Virus record (IMG/VR): IMGVR_UViG_2541047860_000004
From: a virus
Taxonomy: Duplodnaviria > Heunggongvirae > Uroviricota > Caudoviricetes
Length of the DNA: 16,714 nt
Direction: 5' to 3' (one strand)
Below, piece after piece: positions 1-7,878 of the stretch. The notes under the pieces are model-generated. The model was not told the DNA's origin, ran no database searches, and saw only the letters and a list, made by a program, of their open reading frames with translations. Made by a program: the position numbers and the translations under genes. How positions within the stretch are numbered: position 1 is the stretch's first letter; the number at the start of each line of letters is the position of its first letter.

Positions 1-201
1 GGCTGGCCGCTGTATGAATCCCGCCTGAAGGGAAAGCTGCACGTAATCAGCAAGCGATATACGCAGCGAATTGAGCGGCATAACCTGAATCTGAGGCAGC
101 ACCTGGCACGGCTGGGACGGAAGTCGCTGTCGTTCTCAAAATCGGTGGAGCTGCATGACAAAGTCATCGGGCATTATCTGAACATAAAACACTATCAATA
201 A
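1..201 (+). CDS. insB: IS1 transposase InsB, C-terminal 66 codons (5' end outside window)
   Basis: Frame 1 translates to ...[66 protein letters not shown] with TAA at 199-201. Not in the ORF track because it has no start inside the window. Confidence 0.85.
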   Translation, partial: GWPLYESRLKGKLHVISKRYTQRIERHNLNLRQHLARLGRKSLSFSKSVELHDKVIGHYLNIKHYQ

Positions 202-216
202 GTTGGAGTCATTACC
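1..216 (+). mobile_element. IS1 insertion sequence, right-hand 216 bp (element continues upstream of the window)
   Basis: Bases 1-216 match, base for base, the IS1 end as I remember it, finishing with the terminal inverted repeat ...CACTATCAATAAGTTGGAGTCATTACC at 190-216. Identity is from memory, not a search. Confidence 0.9.
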
Positions 217-965
217 CTCGTCACCTTCCTCAATTGCGCTTCCGCGTATGCTTCTTCCTGCCAGCACTTTGTTACCAGTTTACCAATGACGTCCGCATAC
301 CCCTTATACCACTGATAATCGGTCAGGTCTGGTACCAGCTTCTGGACATGACGTCGTGCCAGCGTGGTCGGTAAACGACTAAACCGGTTTCCATTACAAC
401 GCCCACAAATCTTATATACCGGTACGCCATGAAACCGGGTTCTTTTTTCATCCAGAACAATCCCTTTACCCTTACACCCTCTGCACGCTGTGCTGGCTTC
501 GCCCTTACCATGGCAATGCTGACATAGTTCCTTCACCCATTCTTCCTTGATTACAGATTCCCCGCGTCTGTAGTGTTTCACCACTTCGCGCAATACATTA
601 TAAAATCCCGTACCTGAACAATGCTCACAGCGAGCCTTACTTGCCGCAGACCTGGAGTAATCAGCAAAGGCAAAACTCACGAGGTAAGGAATAATCTGTA
701 ACCGGATTTCTTCACTCAATTTGTTCAATGTCGGGTTATCCAGTGCCATCGCGTAATTTAGCAGGCCTTCAATCGCAAACTGAGGGTCCTGAACACCAAC
801 TTTTGCCAGAAATAAGGCCAACCCAAGTGGTGCTTTCGACTGCACCATCCCCTGCGCTGCCATTACATCCGTAATTGTTAAACAACCGGTGCCTGTCGCT
901 GGAGCGTCATCGCTCAATTTTGGAGATTTTGGGGAGTAATATTTTGGTAAGGCTTCAAGGTTCAT
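195..965 (-). CDS. quuQ: Phage antitermination protein Q-like (late-gene regulator), C-terminus chimeric with IS1
   Basis: Track ORF 195..995 begins with TTG; the first ATG is at 965 ([10 protein letters not shown]...) with GGAG 7 nt upstream, just after the ydfU stop at 979. Several CxxC/CxxH pairs ([30 protein letters not shown]) fit a zinc-binding Q-type antiterminator. Position next to ydfU matches the Qin order. The last 6 codons and stop (195-216) lie inside the IS1 terminal repeat. Confidence 0.75.
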   Translation of the reverse strand: MNLEALPKYYSPKSPKLSDDAPATGTGCLTITDVMAAQGMVQSKAPLGLALFLAKVGVQDPQFAIEGLLNYAMALDNPTLNKLSEEIRLQIIPYLVSFAFADYSRSAASKARCEHCSGTGFYNVLREVVKHYRRGESVIKEEWVKELCQHCHGKGEASTACRGCKGKGIVLDEKRTRFHGVPVYKICGRCNGNRFSRLPTTLARRHVQKLVPDLTDYQWYKGYADVIGKLVTKCWQEEAYAEAQLRKVTRVMTPTY

Positions 966-978
966 GCTCGTTCTCCAC

Positions 979-2028
979 TTACGCCAGTACGCCAATTGCC
1001 AGCGCGCGATCGATAAAACGAAATATCAGCTCCAGTTGGGAGCCATACTTATCTTCAAATGCCACTGTATCCGTATGCAGCTCGTTGTGATGCTTTCTGC
1101 ACAAAGGCAACACAAAGAGATCATGTGCTTTTGTTCCCATTCCGCCCTGCCCGTGACCAATCAGATGATGCGGATCGTCGGCTGGCATACCGCAGCAAGC
1201 ACACGGCTGTGTCTTAACCCAACGTGTGTATTTCTCCTTAACCCAGCGGCGACGTTTAGGCAGCTTCATGAAAGATTCCGGAGACTCTGGATCAACGGTG
1301 ATGCTTACCACCGTCTTTTCCTGTGGTGATTTTTGTTGCTGGTGGGCGTAAGGCAACGGTGCAAGATTTTTTGTGCGTTGTTTCAATATGCTGGTGGCGG
1401 TCTGCTCTCCCGGTACGATGTCGCTTTCGCGGTACACCGAGCAGATTTTTTCCGCTGGTAATCCCAGCGAACGACGCGATACAGCCTCAGGTAGTGCATC
1501 CACCACCTGATTGCAGACCGCCCACCAGGATAATTCAGCCAAAGATAATTCCCGCTCCTGCGTACCGCTTATTGCGTGACGGATGACGTCAATCACCCAT
1601 GCTGTCAGATTTTGTTGAGCAAGCAGCTCCAGTGATTCCGATGTCTGGTCACGCAGTTGGTTGTCGCAGTGCCAGCACAACACCATTGCGCCGGTACCAT
1701 AACGGTGAATGACTGTTTCAGTGTGATGGTAATCGCCATTAGGCCACTGGCAGGATGTAACATGACGTAATAGCCAGTCGGACAATGCGCCAACGCCGCC
1801 AGCAGCACGAATCACCCGTTCGTTACTAAAAAACGGCAGCAATGTTTTGTCTTCCGCCAGCGGCTGGCGAACGGCAGGAACGACTCCGGATGGCAGATTA
1901 CGCATGCTTTTTGGTTCCGGTTCCACCAGCACTCGAGGATTATGAAATATCTGTATGGATTCACGGCCCGGCTTAAGGACCACCAGCCCAAGCTCAGGCA
2001 CCAGAACAGGTCTAAGTAATACCCGCAC
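979..2028 (-). CDS. ydfU: YdfU-like prophage protein with C-terminal Cys/His (HNH-like) motif
   Basis: Track ORF 979..2067 begins with GTG. An in-frame GTG at 2026-2028 has GGAGG 4 nt upstream and sits 1 nt after the stop of the upstream 92-aa ORF, giving 349 aa. C-terminus carries CACCG...HHLIGHG...CRKHHNELH. Exact start is uncertain (first ATG is at 1905). Confidence 0.7.
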   Translation of the reverse strand: MRVLLRPVLVPELGLVVLKPGRESIQIFHNPRVLVEPEPKSMRNLPSGVVPAVRQPLAEDKTLLPFFSNERVIRAAGGVGALSDWLLRHVTSCQWPNGDYHHTETVIHRYGTGAMVLCWHCDNQLRDQTSESLELLAQQNLTAWVIDVIRHAISGTQERELSLAELSWWAVCNQVVDALPEAVSRRSLGLPAEKICSVYRESDIVPGEQTATSILKQRTKNLAPLPYAHQQQKSPQEKTVVSITVDPESPESFMKLPKRRRWVKEKYTRWVKTQPCACCGMPADDPHHLIGHGQGGMGTKAHDLFVLPLCRKHHNELHTDTVAFEDKYGSQLELIFRFIDRALAIGVLA

Positions 2029-2029
2029 G

Positions 2030-2308
2030 TTACCTCCAGATCCGTTGCTGGAAAGTGCGGGACGCACGTGGTGGGCGTTCGGAATAAGGCAGCCTGACAG
2101 AGATTATCCAGTGCCGATAGTCGAGACTGAGAGCTTTCTTAACCTCGAACCCGCGCCTGCGGTAAGAATGAATCAGCCATTCGGCCTGTTCTGCAGTGCA
2201 TGGAGGGTGCTGGAACCATTCAGACTTGAATGCGTGAGAATACCGCCCGTGCGTGCAGGCAAGAACGGGCGAATTATCAGAATTGTAATATTTTGCGTTG
2301 CGTGCCAT
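2030..2308 (-). CDS. Hypothetical prophage protein (92 aa)
   Basis: ATG at 2308 with GGAG about 7 nt upstream; stop at 2030-2032 immediately before the ydfU GTG start, suggesting translational coupling. No family recognised. Confidence 0.4.
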   Translation of the reverse strand: MARNAKYYNSDNSPVLACTHGRYSHAFKSEWFQHPPCTAEQAEWLIHSYRRRGFEVKKALSLDYRHWIISVRLPYSERPPRASRTFQQRIWR

Positions 2309-2374
2309 CGGTTTTCTCCGGTGGCACGGTGTTACTCAGCGGGAGTTCAGCCCCGCGCAAGATTGTAGATGAGT

Positions 2375-2626
2375 TTATTCTTCTGAAAAAGCAGAAAAGC
2401 CAGCTTTTATTCCGATCTCTTTCAATGCCTGTAATGAAGTGACAAACTCACCTTCGCGCAAGATAAATCCGTCCGTGACCCGAGCATCCACAAAATTAAT
2501 TAACGCAGCCCCATTCTTTCGCAAACACATAATGCGGTAATGACTAACAAGATTTCCATTTTCAACGCACACAGCATAGAGGCCATCTTCACAAAAAATT
2601 TTACGCAGTTCTTCGATGTTCATCAT
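2375..2626 (-). CDS. rem: Rem-like small prophage protein (83 aa)
   Basis: ATG-ATG start at 2626 with GGAAGG upstream; lies between ydfU and hokD as in the Qin prophage. Function unknown. Confidence 0.6.
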   Translation of the reverse strand: MMNIEELRKIFCEDGLYAVCVENGNLVSHYRIMCLRKNGAALINFVDARVTDGFILREGEFVTSLQALKEIGIKAGFSAFSEE

Positions 2627-2740
2627 CAGAATCCTTCCGGATAATTAGCTCTCCCCTTTAAGGGACCATCCCTCTTATCCCTGCGCGCTACTTAAGTATT
2701 TTTGATTCTATTCCGGCACCGTCCAGAACTTCAAACGCGT

Positions 2741-2773
2741 TGAAAATAAAAACAAAAACCCGCCGAAGCGGGT
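2741..2773 (-). terminator. Rho-independent terminator downstream of hokD
   Basis: On the minus strand, stem ACCCGC / loop TTCG / stem GCGGGT followed by a TTTTTGTTTTTATTTT run, about 70 nt after the hokD stop. Confidence 0.55.
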
Positions 2774-2842
2774 TAAGTGCGGGTGCGTTGAGGATGCCTG
2801 CCACATCAGAGGTGGCGAGGGATTTCTCCCCCGCCGGGTCTC

Positions 2843-2998
2843 TTACTCCTCAGGTTCGTAAGCTGTGAAGACAGCGACCTCCGTCTGGCCGGTTCGGATT
2901 CGTACCTCGCAGAGGTCTTTCCTCGTTACCAGTGCCGTCACTATGACGGTTAAACAGATGACGATCAGGGCGATTAACATCGCCTTTTGCTGCTTCAT
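2843..2998 (-). CDS. hokD: Hok-family membrane toxin HokD (RelF), 51 aa
   Basis: Hand translation of the minus strand gives MKQQKAMLIALIVICLTVIVTALVTRKDLCEVRIRTGQTEVAVFTAYEPEE, then TAA. Below the ORF-track length cutoff. Third gene of the relBEF operon. Confidence 0.9.
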   Translation of the reverse strand: MKQQKAMLIALIVICLTVIVTALVTRKDLCEVRIRTGQTEVAVFTAYEPEE

Positions 2999-3069
2999 AG
3001 CCTGCTTCTCCTGTCAACGCAAAGCAGAAGTGTCACCTTCGGTGCGAAACAGAGATGTCATGCTTTGGT

Positions 3070-3357
3070 TCAGAGAATGCGTTTGACCGCCTCGCTATAT
3101 ACTTCCGAGCGTTCTCTTTTCCCAACAGAAATCACGAAAACGACAACTTTCTCGTCTATAACCTGGTATACAAGGCGATAGCCTGAAGACCGGAGCTTAA
3201 TCTTGTAACAATCAGGCATACCACGGAGCTTGTTTGCTTCAATCCGGGGTGACTCAAGTACTTCAACCAGCTTCTTTTTCAACTGTTCACGTACCGTCGA
3301 GCCCAGCTTTCGCCATTCCTTTAGTGCCCGCTCGTCAAAATCCAGAAAATGCGCCAT
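3070..3357 (-). CDS. relE: RelE mRNA interferase toxin (95 aa)
   Basis: Translation MAHFLDFDERALKEWRKLGSTVREQLKKKLVEVLESPRIEANKLRGMPDCYKIKLRSSGYRLVYQVIDEKVVVFVISVGKRERSEVYSEAVKRIL recognised as E. coli RelE; start overlaps the relB stop by 1 nt (TGATG). Confidence 0.95.
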   Translation of the reverse strand: MAHFLDFDERALKEWRKLGSTVREQLKKKLVEVLESPRIEANKLRGMPDCYKIKLRSSGYRLVYQVIDEKVVVFVISVGKRERSEVYSEAVKRIL

Positions 3358-3596
3358 CAGAGTTCATCCAGCGTCACACGTACTGGCTTAGGATTACGAA
3401 GCCGTTCTTTCACTATCTCCACAAGTTCAGCATCTTCATCACTCAGGAGTGTCTGTTTGAACGGCAAGCGTTCATTGTCAGCGATATACTCGAGCATGAG
3501 ACGAAGCGCTTCAGAAGGAGTTACACCCATTTTTTCAAGCGCGGCGTAAGAACGCGCTTTAAGTTCATCGTCAATACGCAGGTTAATGCTACCCAT
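3357..3596 (-). CDS. relB: RelB antitoxin (79 aa)
   Basis: Translation MGSINLRIDDELKARSYAALEKMGVTPSEALRLMLEYIADNERLPFKQTLLSDEDAELVEIVKERLRNPKPVRVTLDEL recognised as RelB; sits directly upstream of relE. Confidence 0.95.
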   Translation of the reverse strand: MGSINLRIDDELKARSYAALEKMGVTPSEALRLMLEYIADNERLPFKQTLLSDEDAELVEIVKERLRNPKPVRVTLDEL

Positions 3597-3608
3597 GTCT
3601 TACACCTC

Positions 3609-3633
3609 TTGTAATTACAAATGTCATTACAAG
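3609..3633 (-). promoter_or_regulatory. relO-type operator repeats upstream of relB
   Basis: Perfect 12-bp palindrome TTGTAATTACAA at 3609-3620, then ATGTCATTACAAG at 3621-3633, just upstream of the relB start at 3596. Matches the hexad-repeat operator known for RelB/RelE autoregulation. Confidence 0.6.
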
Positions 3634-3926
3634 TATCGCACTACAACATGCTTAGGGCAAGTCACGAAGGAAGTCAGAAAGTAGTCGTAAGAACGGTGAT
3701 CACTGTCCGCTTTGTGCCAGGAGCAGCCATTGCTAAGTCCATCCTGTATTGTGCAGGTCAGCTCGTTTTTAAAAAGTCCGGCCATCATCTTACTGGTACA
3801 GACACCATATACTTTGTGACGGTCAGGCTACATATGCACAACTCAACTTATTCATCTATTTTTTGCTTTAGCATGTCAGTGTTGCTTTCTCGTCGGCGGG
3901 TGAGCGGTGACCTGACCTGTCGATAA
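3621..3926 (+). CDS. ydfV: YdfV-like hypothetical protein (101 aa)
   Basis: ATG ORF divergent from relB, in the position of ydfV in Qin. The start overlaps the relO operator and no family is recognisable, so it may not be a real gene. Confidence 0.3.
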   Translation: MSLQVSHYNMLRASHEGSQKVVVRTVITVRFVPGAAIAKSILYCAGQLVFKKSGHHLTGTDTIYFVTVRLHMHNSTYSSIFCFSMSVLLSRRRVSGDLTCR

Positions 3927-4078
3927 AGGAACGTAACACGTTTTATGCAACACCCGCATGCGGCAGAAAATTATTGCCGAACGTTTACCCCTGTCAACAA
4001 GCTTTACTTTCTGAGGCGCGCCAGCCCGCGAGGAAAACAATCTGAACATCAAACAATTAATGACACAAGAAATACGAT

Positions 4079-4105
4079 TAAAGATTTTTTTGTGCATGCC
4101 GATAG
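4079..4105 (+). promoter_or_regulatory. Sigma-28 (FliA) class promoter of flxA
   Basis: TAAAGATT at 4079-4086, 11-nt spacer, GCCGATAG at 4098-4105, against the consensus TAAAGTTT-N11-GCCGATAA. Lies about 24 nt upstream of the flxA start; AGGAG ribosome-binding site at 4118-4122. Confidence 0.8.
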
Positions 4106-4128
4106 TGCTTTTTTAAAAGGAGAAATCT

Positions 4129-4461
4129 ATGTCTGTCACAATTCAGGGAAATACCTCAACCGTTATTTCAAACAACTCCGCCCCGGAAGGAACATCAGAA
4201 ATAGCCAAAATCACAAGACAAATTCAGGTGCTGACTGAAAAGCTTGGGAAAATCTCATCGGAAGAGGGGATGACGACACAGCAGAAAAAAGAAATGGCTG
4301 CATTGGTACAGAAGCAAATTGAAAGCCTCTGGGCTCAACTGGAGCAGTTGTTAAGGCAGCAGGCAGAGAAAAAGAATGAAGACGCGACAGTTCAGCCTGA
4401 TAAAAAAGAAGAGAAAAAAGACGATACAAATACCGCTGGCACCATTGATATTTACGTCTAA
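4129..4461 (+). CDS. flxA: FlxA, FliA-regulated protein (110 aa)
   Basis: ATG ORF with AGGAG upstream; hydrophilic coiled-coil-like protein with lysine/glutamate-rich tail; recognised as flxA of Qin, preceded by the sigma-28 promoter. Confidence 0.9.
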   Translation: MSVTIQGNTSTVISNNSAPEGTSEIAKITRQIQVLTEKLGKISSEEGMTTQQKKEMAALVQKQIESLWAQLEQLLRQQAEKKNEDATVQPDKKEEKKDDTNTAGTIDIYV

Positions 4462-4475
4462 GTGACAGCCGTATT

Positions 4476-4498
4476 GTGGCCCTCATCGGGCCACTTTT
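4476..4498 (+). terminator. Rho-independent terminator after flxA
   Basis: Stem GTGGCCC (4476-4482), loop TCATC, stem GGGCCAC (4488-4494), then TTTT (4495-4498); 15 nt after the flxA stop. Confidence 0.6.
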
Positions 4499-4859
4499 CG
4501 CCATCAGCCTTTTCTTTAAAGACATATTATCTTTGTATCATTTCTGATAGTTAACATTACAAGATATAAGTAATGGACGCACTCCCAATTAGTCTATTTA
4601 AATCGCCACGAGTTTAACTGACAACCCATGATCAATTATGAATTGCAACTATTTCTGTAGTCACTTTTGTGGGGACAGTCCACAAAACTGCCAACTTCCG
4701 CTTCTTGCTCTTAGCGGACATTAGCATAGGCTATTTACCATAACGCCTCATTACGCGCACCGCCCAGACTGACTCAGCGCGTTTCTGGCATATCCCCGGT
4801 AAAACAAGTAACAAACCACCCGAAAATGAACACCAGAAACGCGACTTAAGAATCTACCC

Positions 4860-6330
4860 TATGAATGGATATGCACTCAACCGAATCGATCTTGGTTTCA
4901 ATCTTTTTTATCGGGATCAGGCTTCTTTTTAGGTAACTTCGGGGGCTTAACTTGCTGATGACTTTGCGTTCGGCGCGTAAGCCAGGGATGGTCAGCTTTA
5001 GGTTTAACATAGTATTTTGAGCGTAAATCAATACGGGCATTATCCACTCGTTCATGGACACTCTTTTCATCATCCAGTGGTATAGGCTCCGGGCCATCAA
5101 CATACTTTTCCCAGCCCAGCGCTTTCCCGTCATACAGAACGTTAATTTCACCGTCAAAGTTCTCGCATACAGTAACAACCGAATGCCTAAGTCGATATCC
5201 CCGGCCCTCACTGCGTACCTGAAACGCACTGCTTTTGTACTGGAAAGTGAGATTTTTAGACAGAACGCGCTTCGCCTGTAGGCTGAAGATATAACCCAGT
5301 TCCTCTTCAGAATGGTGCACATCAAGATGAGCATTATCAGTAGTACGAGGCGACGTAGCGAACCGGTTGTTATAGGCTTCAATAAAGGTCGGCAACCATG
5401 CATTTGCTGTTTCAATATCACTGATATTCTGAAGCCGCATTTCTTTGACCAGCCTGTCCTGTAGTGTCTGATTGGCGCGCTCTACCCGCCCTTTTGCCTG
5501 CGGGCTGTTGGCATGGATTGGCTCGATGCCCAGTGTCTTTATCGCACGAGTGAACTGGGTCAGCTCACCTTCCCGCTCTGGGTTATTTACCCTGAATATA
5601 CTGTGTCTATCAGAGTAGAGAGCGAGCGGTACGCCATGATCATTAAGGTAACCCCGGAGGGTTTCCATGTAAGCCCGGGTTGTTTCAGCAGGCACAAAAC
5701 GCAACGCCATCAACGCACTGGTGGCATCATCAATGAAAACGATCAGTGTACATCTGGGGCCTCGATTTTCAAACCAGTCATGAGGTGAGCCATCAATCTG
5801 GATCAGTTCACCGTAAGATGGTCGTCGCATGCGGCGTTGATATATACGGGCAATTTTACGACGGCGTTCACGCCATAACCCCTCTTCTATCATCCACTTT
5901 CTGAGAGTTTCAACGGATAAAGATAAACCGTGTATCTCGCGCAATTTTTCGCACGCAAACGTAGGTCCAAAATCAGCGTAACGGCCTTTGAGGAGTGAAA
6001 TTACTGTTGCTCTGAATTCAGTAGAAAAGGAATTATTAGGACGCTTTCCACGTCGGTGGGAAACCAGACCAGAAGGCCCTTCATTTCTATACCGTTGCAC
6101 CAGACGTTTAACCTGCCGAATAGAAATGCCAATGCGTGCCGCAGCTTGTTCCTGAATAATCTGAAGTCGATGGAGTTCCTTATGACTCATCGTAACAGTC
6201 TCTTTGATCATGAAAAATCCCCCAGAGAATTGTCTGGGGACATTTTAGAATGGTTCAAAGGGGACATTACAGCTTGGTGTTAACAATAGCCTGCTTCTCC
6301 GTGCCTTTCGGCACGTAAGAGGCTAACCTA
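4860..6330 (-). mobile_element. Insertion element carrying the rve-type transposase (boundaries approximate)
   Basis: Transposase ORF flanked by non-coding sequence; the K-12 Qin arrangement as I recall it has no such gene between flxA and dicC. I could not identify terminal inverted repeats or target-site duplications by eye. Confidence 0.4.
4898..6211 (-). CDS. DDE transposase, rve (integrase-core) type with N-terminal helix-turn-helix (437 aa)
   Basis: ATG at 6211 (alternative ATG at 6190). N-terminal HTH-like segment (GISIRQVKRLVQRY), then DDE-like residues (IQIDGS..., LYSDRHSIF, and the E-x6-R signature in PQAKGRVERANQTL) and a basic C-terminal tail. Single long ORF suggests an IS481/ISNCY-like element; family not resolved. 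Confidence 0.8.
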   Translation of the reverse strand: MIKETVTMSHKELHRLQIIQEQAAARIGISIRQVKRLVQRYRNEGPSGLVSHRRGKRPNNSFSTEFRATVISLLKGRYADFGPTFACEKLREIHGLSLSVETLRKWMIEEGLWRERRRKIARIYQRRMRRPSYGELIQIDGSPHDWFENRGPRCTLIVFIDDATSALMALRFVPAETTRAYMETLRGYLNDHGVPLALYSDRHSIFRVNNPEREGELTQFTRAIKTLGIEPIHANSPQAKGRVERANQTLQDRLVKEMRLQNISDIETANAWLPTFIEAYNNRFATSPRTTDNAHLDVHHSEEELGYIFSLQAKRVLSKNLTFQYKSSAFQVRSEGRGYRLRHSVVTVCENFDGEINVLYDGKALGWEKYVDGPEPIPLDDEKSVHERVDNARIDLRSKYYVKPKADHPWLTRRTQSHQQVKPPKLPKKKPDPDKKD

Positions 6331-6545
6331 CATGTGTCTAGCATGAAATTGGCCTCAGATTAATGTTAAGCGTCTTGCAGGACGCGTAATGTTAACTGGG
6401 GCTTTTCTCTATCTGCCGTTGGTGTCCATGCCCGAGGCAGATAGCCTCAAGCACCCGCAGTCATTCTACTTAACTAAGATTTCCCCGCAAACCGTTTTTG
6501 TCCAGCACAGTAAATATCCAACTAAACCAATGGAGTTCGCTGTAT

Positions 6546-6725
6546 TTACCGCCAGTATTCAATGCACATGACCGCCATGAACACCCCTAAAAAAAGGGCA
6601 TTTATATATCCAAATATTAATATCAAAACATCAACTTTTTCCATATACCTTGCTGTGAAGATGATGGGCATACATGATGCGAACAACCAGAACGCAACAA
6701 ACAAAAACTGCAATGCGTTTTTCAT
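6546..6725 (-). CDS. Candidate small hydrophobic protein (59 aa, two predicted transmembrane segments)
   Basis: ATG at 6725 preceded by a perfect AGGAGG (6730-6735, 4-nt spacing). Product MKNALQFLFVAFWLFASCMPIIFTARYMEKVDVLILIFGYINALFLGVFMAVMCIEYWR is strongly hydrophobic. AT-rich region; no homolog recognised. Confidence 0.25.
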   Translation of the reverse strand: MKNALQFLFVAFWLFASCMPIIFTARYMEKVDVLILIFGYINALFLGVFMAVMCIEYWR

Positions 6726-6979
6726 TATTCCTCCTACAATCAATGTGCAATTACATTTAAACACACCTCAATTTGGCCGGACATATAAATATCTAAACCA
6801 GAAAAAATCACTTACATAGCGTTACAAACTCTTTAGTCTAAAGGTTCATCGTAAAACATTCCCCATACTTATCAGTCCGTTCCGCGCCAGGTAGCTCATT
6901 GCCTTATCTGGCAACCTGTAATCAGGTTTCCGCTTTTTCAGTTGGCTGGTCGTTTAACCGACATAGTTAATCCATTAAT

Positions 6980-7267
6980 CTAGTTGCCGGATGTTGGTGG
7001 ATTTTCGCGTTTTAGTTGTTCATAAAAGTGCACAGCTTTAACCAGTTCTTCTGATGTAACTGGGACTGGTGAGGCAGTGAATAAGGCCTGAATTTGATAG
7101 TTCGGCCTGTCGTTACAATCCTCTTTTTTCGGTACATATTTCCAGTCACCAGACCACTACTTCCCCTGAAAGTCCGTAACGCCTTTTTTCACGTAGCGAT
7201 ATCGCCATGCCACTGGTTTTGCTTGCCCCGCCGTTTCATGCCCTTCCTGATAATTAATCTCGCTCAT
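6980..7267 (-). pseudogene. Decayed ORF interrupted by an in-frame amber codon
   Basis: Minus strand reads MSEINYQEGHETAGQAKPVAWRYRYVKKGVTDFQGK, TAG at 7157-7159, then 58 more sense codons (WSGDWKYVPKKEDCNDRPNYQ...ENPPTSGN) to TAG at 6980-6982. Upstream short ORFs (7270-7620) are frame-shifted relative to it. Confidence 0.3.
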
Positions 7268-7878
7268 TCATCGCCCCACTCATCACAATATGCTTCGACC
7301 GGAGTTTTTCCCGCTTCATAGTCATCACGCTAGGATTCGACATCAGCAGCACTTCCACCGCGTAACTCACCATAGTCCATTAATAGTTCATCCCGCTCTT
7401 CAAAACTGATGTTATATTTAGCTGAACAAAAATCAGCCACTTTGTTCTTCCTCATCGTCTTTTATTTCGTGGTATGAGTAATTGCAGTAGTTAAAGAAAA
7501 TTTCTTATGCTCCGTCATGAATTTCCTCAGGTGTTGCGTCATCGTCCACTTCGAATACATCCTCAAAATCTCCACCAGCTATTCCCGTTTCAATAATAAT
7601 TTTGAACTTTCGCATTTCACTACCGCCCTTTCGGGCGGCCTCCTGATGTTCTGAGGGTGCAGAAATCCATCCGGTTAAGGATTAAATTTTATTTACAGAA
7701 CTGAATTTAATTATTCAGATATACGTATCTGTAGCCTTACGAATCTACTCACTGGATGCCTCTTTCATAAAAATAATCCAGTGGGTTTTATCGTTTTTTC
7801 CCCTGTTCGTTGACAGATAACAGGTTTTCTGTCTGTCAGTGCCAGAATCTGGCTTACCGGTATTTGCGTTTCATTCCA

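Noticed and set aside
1955-2368. 137-aa plus-strand ORF
   Set aside because: Antisense to the better-supported ydfU and 92-aa minus-strand genes, no ribosome-binding site, proline/arginine-rich product typical of antisense reading of GC-rich coding DNA.
3234-3614. 126-aa plus-strand ORF across relE-relB
   Set aside because: Lies entirely antisense to the confidently identified relB and relE genes.
4846-5421. 191-aa minus-strand ORF
   Set aside because: Alternative frame wholly inside the 437-aa transposase gene; no independent start signal.
4671-6266. GGGGACA motif on both sides of the transposase as a target-site duplication
   Set aside because: The adjacent sequences are not inverted repeats of each other and one side has two copies; more likely chance recurrence of a 7-mer.
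6562-6819. 85-aa plus-strand ORF in the AT-rich region
   Set aside because: Low-complexity, asparagine/isoleucine-rich product with no ribosome-binding site; overlaps the better-supported minus-strand small ORF.
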